A stretch of DNA of 64,000 nucleotides from the IMG/VR virus record IMGVR_UViG_3300044701_003563. The stretch is one strand, 5' to 3'. This document shows positions 1-8,463 of this stretch, one piece after another. The stretch is from a virus. Numbering within the stretch: the first letter of the stretch is position 1; each line of letters starts with the position of its first letter. A program made the position numbers and the translations under genes. The notes under the pieces were generated by a model, which searched no databases, was not told the DNA's origin, and saw nothing but the letters and a program-made list of their open reading frames with translations.

Positions 1-74
1 AAGATTTCCCCAATCCACCACCAACCAACTTGGATTTTCTCAAAGAAGTTCATAGGACGATTGTAGAGTTTCAT
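1..74 (-). CDS. hypothetical protein (3' end runs off window)
   Basis: ATG at 72-74 overlaps the upstream stop (ATGA) behind a GAGG SD; reads MKLYNRPMNFFEKIQVGWWWIGEI... Confidence 0.55.
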   Translation of the reverse strand, partial: MKLYNRPMNFFEKIQVGWWWIGEI

Positions 75-217
75 TCTTCATCCTCATCAAATAAAGCATC
101 CCAATCAGGATGAGGCATACCAGCAAGTACCATTTCACCACATTCAGGGCAGTGAAACATACCAATAGGAGCATCTTTGTAGATGTCTGCTGTTGGGTCA
201 AAAGTGCATTTAGTCAT
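71..217 (-). CDS. small hypothetical protein, 48 aa, with CPEC motif
   Basis: Hand-translated MTKCTFDPTADIYKDAPIGMFHCPECVEMVLAGMPHPDWDALFDEDEE*; overlaps neighbours at both ends. Confidence 0.6.
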   Translation of the reverse strand: MTKCTFDPTADIYKDAPIGMFHCPECGEMVLAGMPHPDWDALFDEDEE

Positions 218-389
218 AATAAGTGTTAGTGTTTCCGTAGTTTAGATAATACCAGAACAACTTTCTCATTCTTTCTTCATTAGGATATCCATCAAGATGG
301 TTCCACATATGATTTCTCCAAGAATACACACAATATTCAAAGAGATGGATTGAAGTATAGATGTTCCACTTCTTCCAGGTGTCAGTCAT
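210..389 (-). CDS. small hypothetical protein, 59 aa
   Basis: Hand-translated MTDTWKKW...NTNTYYD*; ATGA-coupled to 386..568. Confidence 0.6.
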   Translation of the reverse strand: MTDTWKKWNIYTSIHLFEYCVYSWRNHMWNHLDGYPNEERMRKLFWYYLNYGNTNTYYD

Positions 390-568
390 TCTTCTATCCT
401 TTCATAATCAGCAAAACCATCTGGATTTAGATGTCCTACTGTGAGTTTGATACTTGTTCCAGTAAGTTCGTGTTGAAGAACAACTCTATGAGAATACTGC
501 TCTATTACAACATAAACATCATTAGAGTTCTTATGTTTCCATTTAGAACCTATTGGTATTTCAGTCAT
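386..568 (-). CDS. small hypothetical protein (SH3-like pattern IGSKWKH...YVV)
   Basis: ORF track; ATGA overlaps on both sides. Confidence 0.65.
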   Translation of the reverse strand: MTEIPIGSKWKHKNSNDVYVVIEQYSHRVVLQHELTGTSIKLTVGHLNPDGFADYERIEE

Positions 569-810
569 TCTTCATCCTCACCGTAAGCACGCCATTCAAG
601 ATAATCAAGTTGATCTTTAATTTCTTTAAGTTCCCCATCCAAACAAGCAATAAGTTTTACGATGTGGCAGTATTGTTTATAATGTTCCGAATTATTGAAT
701 TCGTCTTCAGCATCTTCTATTGTAAGGTAAATGTGCTGATTGGTCTTATGTAAATCAGCATAGACCTTACCATCCTGCCTCTTCAACATAATCACATAGA
801 ATTCAGTCAT
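565..810 (-). CDS. hypothetical protein
   Basis: ORF track; ATGA-coupled. Confidence 0.65.
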   Translation of the reverse strand: MTEFYVIMLKRQDGKVYADLHKTNQHIYLTIEDAEDEFNNSEHYKQYCHIVKLIACLDGELKEIKDQLDYLEWRAYGEDEE

Positions 811-1070
811 TCTTCATCCCACCCATCAAAGTATTCTGTGAAAAAGTTGAAACTCAAACCAACATCACCAACCTGGAAATCTGCTCCAAACAGAGAAGAG
901 GAAGTGAAAAATGAGAGTAGGATGTGTAATCCACCATTACTATGGACTAAACTACTGGGAGTTTCATAATTCACCCAAAGAAATGTGCGATTTTTGAAGA
1001 TACCAAACTGCCAGGTGTGGGAGGTTTCTTCATCATACCAAGATTTCTTATCGTATTGGAAAATTTTCAT
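807..1070 (-). CDS. hypothetical protein (probable start MKIFQY)
   Basis: ATG at 1068-1070 overlaps the stop of 1067..1237. Confidence 0.6.
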   Translation of the reverse strand: MKIFQYDKKSWYDEETSHTWQFGIFKNRTFLWVNYETPSSLVHSNGGLHILLSFFTSSSLFGADFQVGDVGLSFNFFTEYFDGWDEE

Positions 1071-1237
1071 CGGTTCATCCACTCTCTCAAATCAACAATG
1101 TCGTACCAGTCATAAAATTTAGAAATTTCATTCCATTTTTCTATTGCTTCTGATTCATATTCATAGCAACCAACCCAATCACCAGTTCCACGGGAAGGAT
1201 AATACTGGTATCCAGCAATTAGCAAATAATGTTTCAT
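1067..1237 (-). CDS. small hypothetical protein, 56 aa (YYP.GG..DW-type phage family)
   Basis: Hand-translated MKHYLLIAGYQYYPSRGTGDWVGCY...DWYDIVDLREWMNR*; ATGA-coupled. Confidence 0.65.
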   Translation of the reverse strand: MKHYLLIAGYQYYPSRGTGDWVGCYEYESEAIEKWNEISKFYDWYDIVDLREWMNR

Positions 1238-1410
1238 CGGTCAAAGTATCCAGAAGGTTTGTATTCACATACATAAAGTGTTTTTAGTTGAACATCAAAG
1301 GGGTCAATATTGGGATAGTATTTTTTAATGTAATCCTTACATTCTTCACGGGTATCAAAGGCACAAAGGATTTTTCCTTCATACCATGCTGATTCAAGTG
1401 CGTCAATCAT
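1234..1410 (-). CDS. small hypothetical protein, 58 aa
   Basis: Hand-translated MIDALESAWYEG...PSGYFDR*; GGAGG SD upstream. Confidence 0.6.
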   Translation of the reverse strand: MIDALESAWYEGKILCAFDTREECKDYIKKYYPNIDPFDVQLKTLYVCEYKPSGYFDR

Positions 1411-1413
1411 TCT

Positions 1414-1641
1414 TCATCCTCCACAAAGTTTAAGTGCTGGAACTTTTTCATAACCTTTATGAATATCGTAAGGAGTTGCCTCTTCGTGTTTTCCATAAAA
1501 CCAAGAAGTGTTATAATTCAAATAAATTTCCATTTCTTCAAAATAAGTAACATCATCTACTCCACCTTCATACCCACGAACAACTACTCTCAAATCTTGT
1601 GGATACTCTTTGAGTTCTTCAATCAATTCAGCAATAGTCAT
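1414..1641 (-). CDS. hypothetical phage protein (MTIAELIE.L...P.D..V..GYEGG family)
   Basis: ORF track; N-terminal motif common in small phage proteins. Confidence 0.7.
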   Translation of the reverse strand: MTIAELIEELKEYPQDLRVVVRGYEGGVDDVTYFEEMEIYLNYNTSWFYGKHEEATPYDIHKGYEKVPALKLCGG

Positions 1642-1802
1642 TCTTCATCATCCAAAGTAAATTTCATTTCTTCAACCCAACTATGGGATAGGATTGCTTC
1701 GGCAAGAGCAGCAGCACCAAGAGAATGAGAACCATCCACTTCACGAATAATTTCTGCCAGTCGGATAATGTGTCCTACTTTTGGTGGTAGTTTGTTAGTC
1801 AT
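1638..1802 (-). CDS. hypothetical protein (LAEIIREVDG.H.LGA.ALAEAIL motif)
   Basis: Probable start MTNKLP overlaps the stop of 1795..1980. Confidence 0.6.
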   Translation of the reverse strand: MTNKLPPKVGHIIRLAEIIREVDGSHSLGAAALAEAILSHSWVEEMKFTLDDEE

Positions 1803-1980
1803 AAATTTTGGGTTGTTGGGGATCTTTTCTCCATTCTCTAATGAAGCACAAGAAAGGTTCTGTCTTGTGGTCCATCTGTGCCATCCAGTGAATGCCATCT
1901 ACATCAACAGCATCCAGGTAATGAATGCGGGTCTTGGGGTCAATCACACGGATGACTGATACAAACTTTACTGGTGTCAT
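1795..1980 (-). CDS. hypothetical protein
   Basis: ORF track; ATGA-coupled to 1977..2417. Confidence 0.6.
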   Translation of the reverse strand: MTPVKFVSVIRVIDPKTRIHYLDAVDVDGIHWMAQMDHKTEPFLCFIREWRKDPQQPKIYD

Positions 1981-2417
1981 ACTCTCTCCATTTTAGCAAG
2001 TGGTTCATTGCCCCATTTCATCGGGGGATCATAATTCACACCAATCATTTCAGGCCATTTCCTTTCAGAACCTTCACTTTCAATGATATTCTGCTCTACA
2101 GCACGTTCCCATGAGAGTTTGTGCCGAATCACACAATGAAGATCATAAAGAATCCCATTGCTCTCTGGAAGATTCTGATTGCCAATGCCAAGTGAAGAGG
2201 CATATCCATCAATGTTGTTGATCATGTGCTTGGATAGCAGTGCTCCGATGATTTGAAGATCATTACGAAGTTCTTCATAGTCAACAGGTTTCTTAAGAGG
2301 TAGATTGTCTTCAATCTCCCTCCACTGTCCCAGTTGAACCCGTTGAAGCAAGTCAGTTGCCTCTTGAAGTGCCCATGCCTGCTTTTCAGTGATCGTGAGA
2401 GTGTAGGTTTTGGTCAT
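1977..2417 (-). CDS. hypothetical early protein
   Basis: AAGGAG SD and extended -10 promoter directly upstream. Confidence 0.75.
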   Translation of the reverse strand: MTKTYTLTITEKQAWALQEATDLLQRVQLGQWREIEDNLPLKKPVDYEELRNDLQIIGALLSKHMINNIDGYASSLGIGNQNLPESNGILYDLHCVIRHKLSWERAVEQNIIESEGSERKWPEMIGVNYDPPMKWGNEPLAKMERV

Positions 2418-2438
2418 TGCTCCTTTGCGGATGAGATC

Positions 2439-2497
2439 ATTGTAGCATCAAAAAGGCACTCCGCAGAGTGCCTGGTGGACAGTTCCCGAGTTGTATC
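2439..2497 (-). promoter_or_regulatory. early promoter (TGnTACAAT) overlapping terminator hairpin AGGCACTC/GAGTGCCT, with upstream dyad element
   Basis: Minus strand: aactgtccac-caggcactctgcggagtgcctttttga-TGcTACAAT. Confidence 0.7.
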
Positions 2498-3614
2498 AGG
2501 AAGTATATTCGACAGTCAGTTCGGGAGTCGATTCCTCAGCATTCACGTTGAAATCGGCATCGAACTTGTCATAGGTCTGCAGGAAGATCTGCTTGGTCTC
2601 ATCATCGAATCGGTTGATGCACGCCTTCAGTGCTTTTTCCTTGTTACCAAAGATGCTATAGGCACGGATGATGTGAACCAGACGACGGGTGCTGATAATC
2701 TCATCCACACCACCATCGAAGAAGGTTTTACGGATGTTATCTGCCCAGTCAACGAGTCGTTTGCAGAAGTCACGGTCTTCCACCCCAAGGTCCAGGGCAG
2801 TGCCTTCAAGGATCTTCTGCTCCACAGAGGGGGCAGGATAGGACTGCTCCATGGTCACAGGGAACCGTTCCAGGAATGCCTCGTTGAGCACGTTGGTGCC
2901 GATGAAACGACCATCATCAGAACCCTTACCTTTGGTGTTAGCAGTGGCAATCACGTTGAAACCAGGAGCAGGTTTCACATAACGACCAATCTTCTTCAGG
3001 AAGACACCTTTACCTTCAAGAATGGACTGTAGGCACAGGATTTTGTTGCTGGCAAGGTCAATTTCATCAAGAAGCAGGATTGCTCCTCGCTCCAGTGCTT
3101 CAATGACGGGACCGTTGTGCCAAGCAGTATCCCCATTGAGAAGGCGGAAACCCCCGATAAGATCATCTTCATCAGTTTCAATAGTAATGTTGACACGAAT
3201 CAGTTCACGTTTCAGTTGAGCACATGCTTGCTCGACACTGAAGGTCTTGCCGTTACCAGAGAGACCAGTGATGAACACAGGATAGAAGATCTCCGACTTG
3301 ACAATCTTCTTGAGATCGGCAAAGTTACCGAAAGGAACAAAGGAATCATCCTTGTCAGGAATCATGCACTGCCTGTCTTCAGCAGGAATCACAGAAGGAG
3401 ATTGATAGGCATGTTCGATCTCTTGAACACGTTGCATAGTCATCTCCAGGTTCCAACGACCGCGGGTGGTCTTGTACTCTTCAAGACGACGGGTGATGGT
3501 GGGATAGGAGACATCGTTCATAGCACAGTAGGCACGGACATCAGCAGCAGTGATCTCAGTGCCGTAGGTGGTCTTGAGATCTTCGATGATTTGGTCTTGA
3601 GTCATGGCAATCAT
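2496..3614 (-). CDS. cobS: CobS/MoxR-family AAA+ ATPase of T4-like cyanophages
   Basis: Walker A GLSGNGKT, Walker B LLLDEID, ATANTKGKGSDDGRF, LNEAFLERF. The ORF-track start at 3698 spans the promoter, so the real start is probably 3614 or 3605. Confidence 0.9.
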   Translation of the reverse strand: MIAMTQDQIIEDLKTTYGTEITAADVRAYCAMNDVSYPTITRRLEEYKTTRGRWNLEMTMQRVQEIEHAYQSPSVIPAEDRQCMIPDKDDSFVPFGNFADLKKIVKSEIFYPVFITGLSGNGKTFSVEQACAQLKRELIRVNITIETDEDDLIGGFRLLNGDTAWHNGPVIEALERGAILLLDEIDLASNKILCLQSILEGKGVFLKKIGRYVKPAPGFNVIATANTKGKGSDDGRFIGTNVLNEAFLERFPVTMEQSYPAPSVEQKILEGTALDLGVEDRDFCKRLVDWADNIRKTFFDGGVDEIISTRRLVHIIRAYSIFGNKEKALKACINRFDDETKQIFLQTYDKFDADFNVNAEESTPELTVEYTS

Positions 3615-3639
3615 GTGGGTGGTTGTTTGAACTGAAGTA

Positions 3640-3698
3640 AGTATAGGGCAAAGGTGGGGTGGGCAAGGTCCGCAGTGGACACTTGCCCAACTGTCCAT
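3640..3698 (-). promoter_or_regulatory. early promoter (TATACT) with dyad GGACAGTT...AAGTGTCCAC
   Basis: Plus strand gtggacacttgcccaactgtccat at 3675-3698; -10 at 3640-3645. Confidence 0.65.
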
Positions 3699-5884
3699 CA
3701 GGCAATCAGTTGGACAAATTCGTTGAGGATCTTCTTGTTCATCTTCTTGGATGTCAAGGTCTTCTTCATTGCATTACGAATCTGAATCTTGGTTGCATTC
3801 TCCTCAAGTTGCGAAAGATAATCAGTTTGATTATCCATACCTGCCATTGCAATACCAAAGTATTTACTGTAAGGAGAATCGGAAATGGAGAATGACTTCT
3901 CTTTCTTCCAATCAGTCATGAGTTTGGTCTTTTCACCAAAATTCACATAGTAATCCATGAACTTTCCAGCATCAAATCCGTTCTCAAGAATACGAATACC
4001 AATGAAATTGACATTCACAAACTCATCCTGGAGAGCTTCCAGAAGAGTATCTTGAGCAAGATAGGCATTGTTCCTGATCTTGTAAACTTTTCCAGTGGCA
4101 CGATTACGAACATAGTGCTGATTGTCACTATAGAAAATACTCCTCACGCCCCAATAACCAAACTTGCTATTGGTATCTGGATCAATCCAATCTTTTTTAA
4201 TGTGAACGGAATACTGAAGGGGATTACCTTCACCATCAGTCAGAAGAATACAATGAACCTTTTGAACATTGTTCTTCTTCTGGAACTGGGGAAGAATTTC
4301 TTTCAGACACATCATAGTTTCATTCAAAGGAGTTCCAGACAGATGCATAGAAGAAGGAATACCATAACAAGTCCAGTGATCGAAATTGTATGCAACCCTC
4401 CAGATGTTAAGCATTTGCTTCTCAAGTTCACGCGATGATGTCTTACTGGAGAAGAAATTCATCAAACTGAAGGTGGGATCCAACCTCATCTGGTAATTTT
4501 TGTTTTCTGGTTCCATGGAAGAAGCAGTTTCAGACCAGTTGTTGGTGAAAGCATAAACATCAAAAGGAATACCACACTTCTTGCAGAAAGAGATGAGATT
4601 GTAAAGTTGCTTCAGAGTTTGAAGCATCACTTTACTCATCGAACCAGACCAATCCAAAATGAACACCAAACCATGGTTCTTACCATCAGGAATGGTTGTT
4701 ACTTTCTTGAACAGATCCTCATTGTACTTGTAGGTATGCAGTTTGGTGCAGTCAAGAATACCAGTGCGAGCAGTTGTGGCACGGGCATAAGAATCTGCTG
4801 CCTTGCGGCATTCAAACTCTTTCACCAGATAGTTGACTTCCTTCACAGATTCTGTCTTGTATTTTTGATACTCAGAATCTGGAGCATTGAATGGAGTAGG
4901 ATAAAGATAACTTGTAGAAGGTTCTTGTGCTTTGAAGTGAGATTCAATCAACTTGTGAACATCCTTGGTATCCACTACATGATTCTTCAGATTGACATTC
5001 GGAAACTCAAGATACACTGCATCCTTTGCGCTCTTATTGATAAGATCACGAAGATTATTCTTAAGCATATCATCAGTGCGAACCTTGGGCTCTTCATCAA
5101 CTGGTTGCTTTGGATCGTTTCCAGCACCTTTCACATTCTCACCAGAAGTGGAAGGTTGATCGGAATCTGCAGAAGGATGTGCCTGGGATTCTTCAGATTC
5201 TTGCGATTCTTCAGATTTACCTTCATCCTTTGGTTGCTGTTGACCAGCATCACTGGGAGGTTGTTCTTCCAGAGAACCACCACCACTACCTTGTTCAGTG
5301 TAGTCCGCCTGAATGGATATATCCAGAGGAGTAGGGTTTTTCTGTTTGCAATAATCATAGAGTGCCTGTGCAGCATTCAGAGCATCATCAAAAGATTCTG
5401 CTTTATCAATCATATCAATGATGACATCTTCTTCGGGAGTGAAGGAAATATCAACAAAGTTGCCGATCTTGAAGTGCAGGTTGGCACGATCTGCAAGATT
5501 CATCTTGGAAATATCTTCATTCTCAAGGCAGAAGAAATCATCATCCTGCATTTGCTGGTATCCTTTGAAGAAGGTCTTTGGAAGACCACCATAACGACGT
5601 TTCATCAGTTTCTCAATGCGAGCATCTTCAGTCACATTCACAAACTGAGGAGGAATCTTATGGGTTTCCGTCCAGTCGATGTTAGGAGTGTAGAGAGCAT
5701 GACCAACTTCGTGTGCAACCAGAAGGTCGAACACTTCATCAGTTGCTTTTCCCCACATGGGAAGAGTCAGGACACGGGTTTGAACGTTAAATTGTGCGGT
5801 GTCACATTGCTTGTGCTCCACGATCAGGTTCTCTGTGGCAAGCACACGGGCAATTCCACCTTTGACTTCGTAGTTGACAGACAT
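3698..5884 (-). CDS. CobT-like protein: N-terminal HEXXH metallopeptidase-like domain, acidic linker, vWA domain (partner of the AAA+ ATPase)
   Basis: AHEVGHA...NVTEDARIE; MIDAS motif LDWSGSM, GTPL, LLTDGE. Confidence 0.85.
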   Translation of the reverse strand: MSVNYEVKGGIARVLATENLIVEHKQCDTAQFNVQTRVLTLPMWGKATDEVFDLLVAHEVGHALYTPNIDWTETHKIPPQFVNVTEDARIEKLMKRRYGGLPKTFFKGYQQMQDDDFFCLENEDISKMNLADRANLHFKIGNFVDISFTPEEDVIIDMIDKAESFDDALNAAQALYDYCKQKNPTPLDISIQADYTEQGSGGGSLEEQPPSDAGQQQPKDEGKSEESQESEESQAHPSADSDQPSTSGENVKGAGNDPKQPVDEEPKVRTDDMLKNNLRDLINKSAKDAVYLEFPNVNLKNHVVDTKDVHKLIESHFKAQEPSTSYLYPTPFNAPDSEYQKYKTESVKEVNYLVKEFECRKAADSYARATTARTGILDCTKLHTYKYNEDLFKKVTTIPDGKNHGLVFILDWSGSMSKVMLQTLKQLYNLISFCKKCGIPFDVYAFTNNWSETASSMEPENKNYQMRLDPTFSLMNFFSSKTSSRELEKQMLNIWRVAYNFDHWTCYGIPSSMHLSGTPLNETMMCLKEILPQFQKKNNVQKVHCILLTDGEGNPLQYSVHIKKDWIDPDTNSKFGYWGVRSIFYSDNQHYVRNRATGKVYKIRNNAYLAQDTLLEALQDEFVNVNFIGIRILENGFDAGKFMDYYVNFGEKTKLMTDWKKEKSFSISDSPYSKYFGIAMAGMDNQTDYLSQLEENATKIQIRNAMKKTLTSKKMNKKILNEFVQLIA

Positions 5885-6057
5885 GGGTGCGGTTTGTTTG
5901 AACTGAATCCAATATACGAAAAAACCTCCCGTTTCGGGGAGGTCATGTGCCGCTTTTTGAAGTGGCTCAGTCGGGCCTTTGCTTGTCGCAGTGCCTGTGG
6001 TTTAAGTTTCCGTTTCTGCTCCTTGCGGGAGTGGTGTTGCCAATTCGGGACTTTCAT
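5824..6057 (-). CDS. small very basic protein (MKVPNWQHHS...KPQALRQAK)
   Basis: Lys/Arg-rich; follows the promoter at 6080-6138; 3' end overlaps the next promoter and gene. Confidence 0.5.
   Translation of the reverse strand: MKVPNWQHHSRKEQKRKLKPQALRQAKARLSHFKKRHMTSPKREVFSYIGFSSNKPHPCLSTTKSKVELPVCLPQRT
5911..5968 (-). promoter_or_regulatory. early promoter (TATATT) with GC hairpin and dyad element
   Basis: Hairpin acctccc...gggaggt at 5924-5943; dyad at 5947-5968. Confidence 0.6.
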
Positions 6058-6140
6058 TGTTTTGATCTTGTAGTTGATCATAGTATTCAGAGTTTTATCG
6101 CACCACAAGGTATCTTGTGACACTTCTGAATCTGGCATAT

Positions 6141-6308
6141 TTATATATCACATTCATAGTTGTATCTTGTAGTATCCTTCAGAAAAACTTTAAGTGTTTT
6201 TCCATTATCTTGAAGAGAAAAACTAACATCTTCAACATTCCAATTGGAATAGGATCTTCCAAACCGATCAATGACTTCAAATCTGGTAACTTTATTGTAG
6301 TTTTCCAT
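6141..6308 (-). CDS. small hypothetical phage protein (VTRFEVID..GR.Y...SLQD.GKTLKVF family)
   Basis: Hand-translated, 55 aa. Confidence 0.65.
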   Translation of the reverse strand: MENYNKVTRFEVIDRFGRSYSNWNVEDVSFSLQDNGKTLKVFLKDTTRYNYECDI

Positions 6309-6497
6309 TTAACTTTCAATCTCTTTAGACAACATCAATAGTGAATCTAATCCATCATTCATCGCAATGTCTGCAATTTTTTTTACGAATGAAGAAAGAA
6401 TAAGTTTTTGAGCCCTTTCACGATCTTCATCAGTTTTTATTTGATTTGAAGCAGCATTACACTGACCACAAAACCACTCATACAAATCGTTTGTCAT
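6309..6497 (-). CDS. hypothetical protein
   Basis: ORF track; probable start MTNDLY. Confidence 0.5.
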   Translation of the reverse strand: MTNDLYEWFCGQCNAASNQIKTDEDRERAQKLILSSFVKKIADIAMNDGLDSLLMLSKEIES

Positions 6498-7110
6498 ATC
6501 CATATTTTTCAAAGTCTGCTCCATATAATTCATTTATCATTTCAAAATCTTTTGGTTTTAATTGATCAACTTGTGGATAATCTTCAGGTCTTGCACCATG
6601 TTTCTGCAATTTTCCAGATGGTGATTCAATTCCCAAAATTGATGCAATGTCATCAATTGCATCATCATACTCTTCAAATTTATAAACTTTATCAATTCCA
6701 GCAGCAAAAATATTTTGATATATTGAATTTGGAATTAGGTTATTCCATTCATCATGATAATCATTAATATGAGCACCTCCAACACAATGAACATTAATAT
6801 ATTCATTATAATTAAATCTCAGATAACTTTCATCTGGTGTTTCTCTATTTGGTCCAAAATGTCTATTTTGATAGGAATCTGCAATGATAATCTGTGACAT
6901 TATATGCTCATATGGATTTCTCACAAAAGCAAATTTAAAGTAATCATTGAAATATTCAGGATATGCCCTATCTCTAGCATAACCAGTCGTAATATGCTTT
7001 GTATTATGACGAATATTCCATTGATCTTCTCCCTGTAACCATCTTTCTATGGTTGTTCCACCCGTTCTTTGAACGTGAATAAAAATACATTTATAATGAT
7101 GACAGATCAT
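6478..7110 (-). CDS. sulfotransferase family 2 protein
   Basis: PAPS-binding motifs IFIHVQRTGGTTI and FKFAFVRNPY; C-terminal Y..DFEKYGY. Confidence 0.8.
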   Translation of the reverse strand: MICHHYKCIFIHVQRTGGTTIERWLQGEDQWNIRHNTKHITTGYARDRAYPEYFNDYFKFAFVRNPYEHIMSQIIIADSYQNRHFGPNRETPDESYLRFNYNEYINVHCVGGAHINDYHDEWNNLIPNSIYQNIFAAGIDKVYKFEEYDDAIDDIASILGIESPSGKLQKHGARPEDYPQVDQLKPKDFEMINELYGADFEKYGYDKRFV

Positions 7111-7715
7111 ATGATGCCTCCGAGGATTAAGTCAATGTATGGATTTATGCTATTTTCATTTGTGTGAGTTGCTGGCTCAATAGCGTTGACATATTTATAA
7201 ACATAAGACCTACCCCTGTCTATCCAAGGTAGAGTAAACACGTCAGCAAAGTTATCGACTACCATTTGAAATGCATCATCAATACGATCTCTGCCAAGAA
7301 CATAAAAAATAGCAACCGATTGAGCATAAAACTCCATCAGTTTCTCATCGTCTCCATGCTTAAATCCAGCAATATAAATGTCTCTGGTTTCGTCCAAAAT
7401 ATCATGGATAGTCGGATCAAATCCGATTGTCTCCCCATTTTTCAACGTAATTTGCTTGTTTTTAATAGCACTCATAGACAGTTTCATGCATTCGCGTGTC
7501 TGTTCCAATGTTAGATTGGTAACTCCATCTCTGTAGGCATATTGAATGCATCCATTAGTGCATTCAATTGCACGAATCAGGGCAGCATGTTGTTTGCCAG
7601 TCTCAGATTGCCTTCTCCAAATTGACTCCCACTTGGCAACATATGCTTTAAACATGTCATTCTTGGAGTAATCTGCCATGTATGGCACTTGTGCCAATTT
7701 TTCAAAGTTTATCAT
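7107..7715 (-). CDS. hypothetical alpha-helical protein
   Basis: ORF of ~200 aa coupled to the sulfotransferase; no motif recognised. Confidence 0.7.
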   Translation of the reverse strand: MINFEKLAQVPYMADYSKNDMFKAYVAKWESIWRRQSETGKQHAALIRAIECTNGCIQYAYRDGVTNLTLEQTRECMKLSMSAIKNKQITLKNGETIGFDPTIHDILDETRDIYIAGFKHGDDEKLMEFYAQSVAIFYVLGRDRIDDAFQMVVDNFADVFTLPWIDRGRSYVYKYVNAIEPATHTNENSINPYIDLILGGII

Positions 7716-7896
7716 CTTTAATTCCCGCTTTGTATCCTTCTTCAAATGCTGCTTTTATCCAAGTGATTATCGTAGAAACATCCTTCGTATCTGCAGCATA
7801 ATACAAGTCATCGATCAATCTTTCCGACCTAAATGAATAACCTTCAAGTTCATAGAACCATTCATCAAATTGTTCTTGCATGTAATATCTATTCAT
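7702..7896 (-). CDS. hypothetical protein (F.EWF.ELEGYS.RSER family)
   Basis: ORF track. Confidence 0.65.
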   Translation of the reverse strand: MNRYYMQEQFDEWFYELEGYSFRSERLIDDLYYAADTKDVSTIITWIKAAFEEGYKAGIKDDKL

Positions 7897-8026
7897 TGTG
7901 ATTGAAACCCTCCGACTATTTTCAAGATATTGGTATTATTATATACGGTGATAGTTCCAGCAACTCCAACTGCAGCACCAACAAAAAATGTAATGATCAA
8001 CAATTGACTCATAATAAACATCTTAA

Positions 8027-8236
8027 TCATGCAAATCCCCCTTTACTGGACTTTGACTTCTTTTTAGGAATATCAATCACTTCAATGTAATCAACATACC
8101 TTTTATCATAATCCATCCATGCCTTTCTGGCAAGATCATACTCCTCATACTTCACTTGCTTCCCATTCGTATAATGAAGTATATAATGATGCCTATCATA
8201 AGGAGCATCAGATGTTACGGTAAAGAACTGAGTCAT
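8027..8236 (-). CDS. hypothetical cyanophage protein (PYDRH.Y...KGGF)
   Basis: ORF track; resembles small cyanophage proteins. Confidence 0.65.
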   Translation of the reverse strand: MTQFFTVTSDAPYDRHHYILHYTNGKQVKYEEYDLARKAWMDYDKRYVDYIEVIDIPKKKSKSSKGGFA

Positions 8237-8463
8237 ACTTCCTCAAAATAACGGAATGCATCACGAAAAACTTCATCATCATCACTTGAATCTAAGCACA
8301 ACCATCCAGCACATAAGGATTCTGAAACACATTCCCATGCACGAACTGCATCCTGATGGGAGATGTCATATCCTCGATCGGCAAACACTTTGACAATGCG
8401 ATCAATGTCATTAGTGTATTCGTGATGATGATTGTATGGATCCCTAAACTTTAGTTTTTTCAT
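8233..8463 (-). CDS. hypothetical protein
   Basis: ORF track; ATGA-coupled. Confidence 0.65.
   Translation of the reverse strand: MKKLKFRDPYNHHHEYTNDIDRIVKVFADRGYDISHQDAVRAWECVSESLCAGWLCLDSSDDDEVFRDAFRYFEEV

Noticed and set aside
2496-3614. Cobalamin biosynthesis pathway implied by the cobS name
   Set aside because: No cobN or other cob genes occur in this window; the family is a general MoxR-type AAA+.
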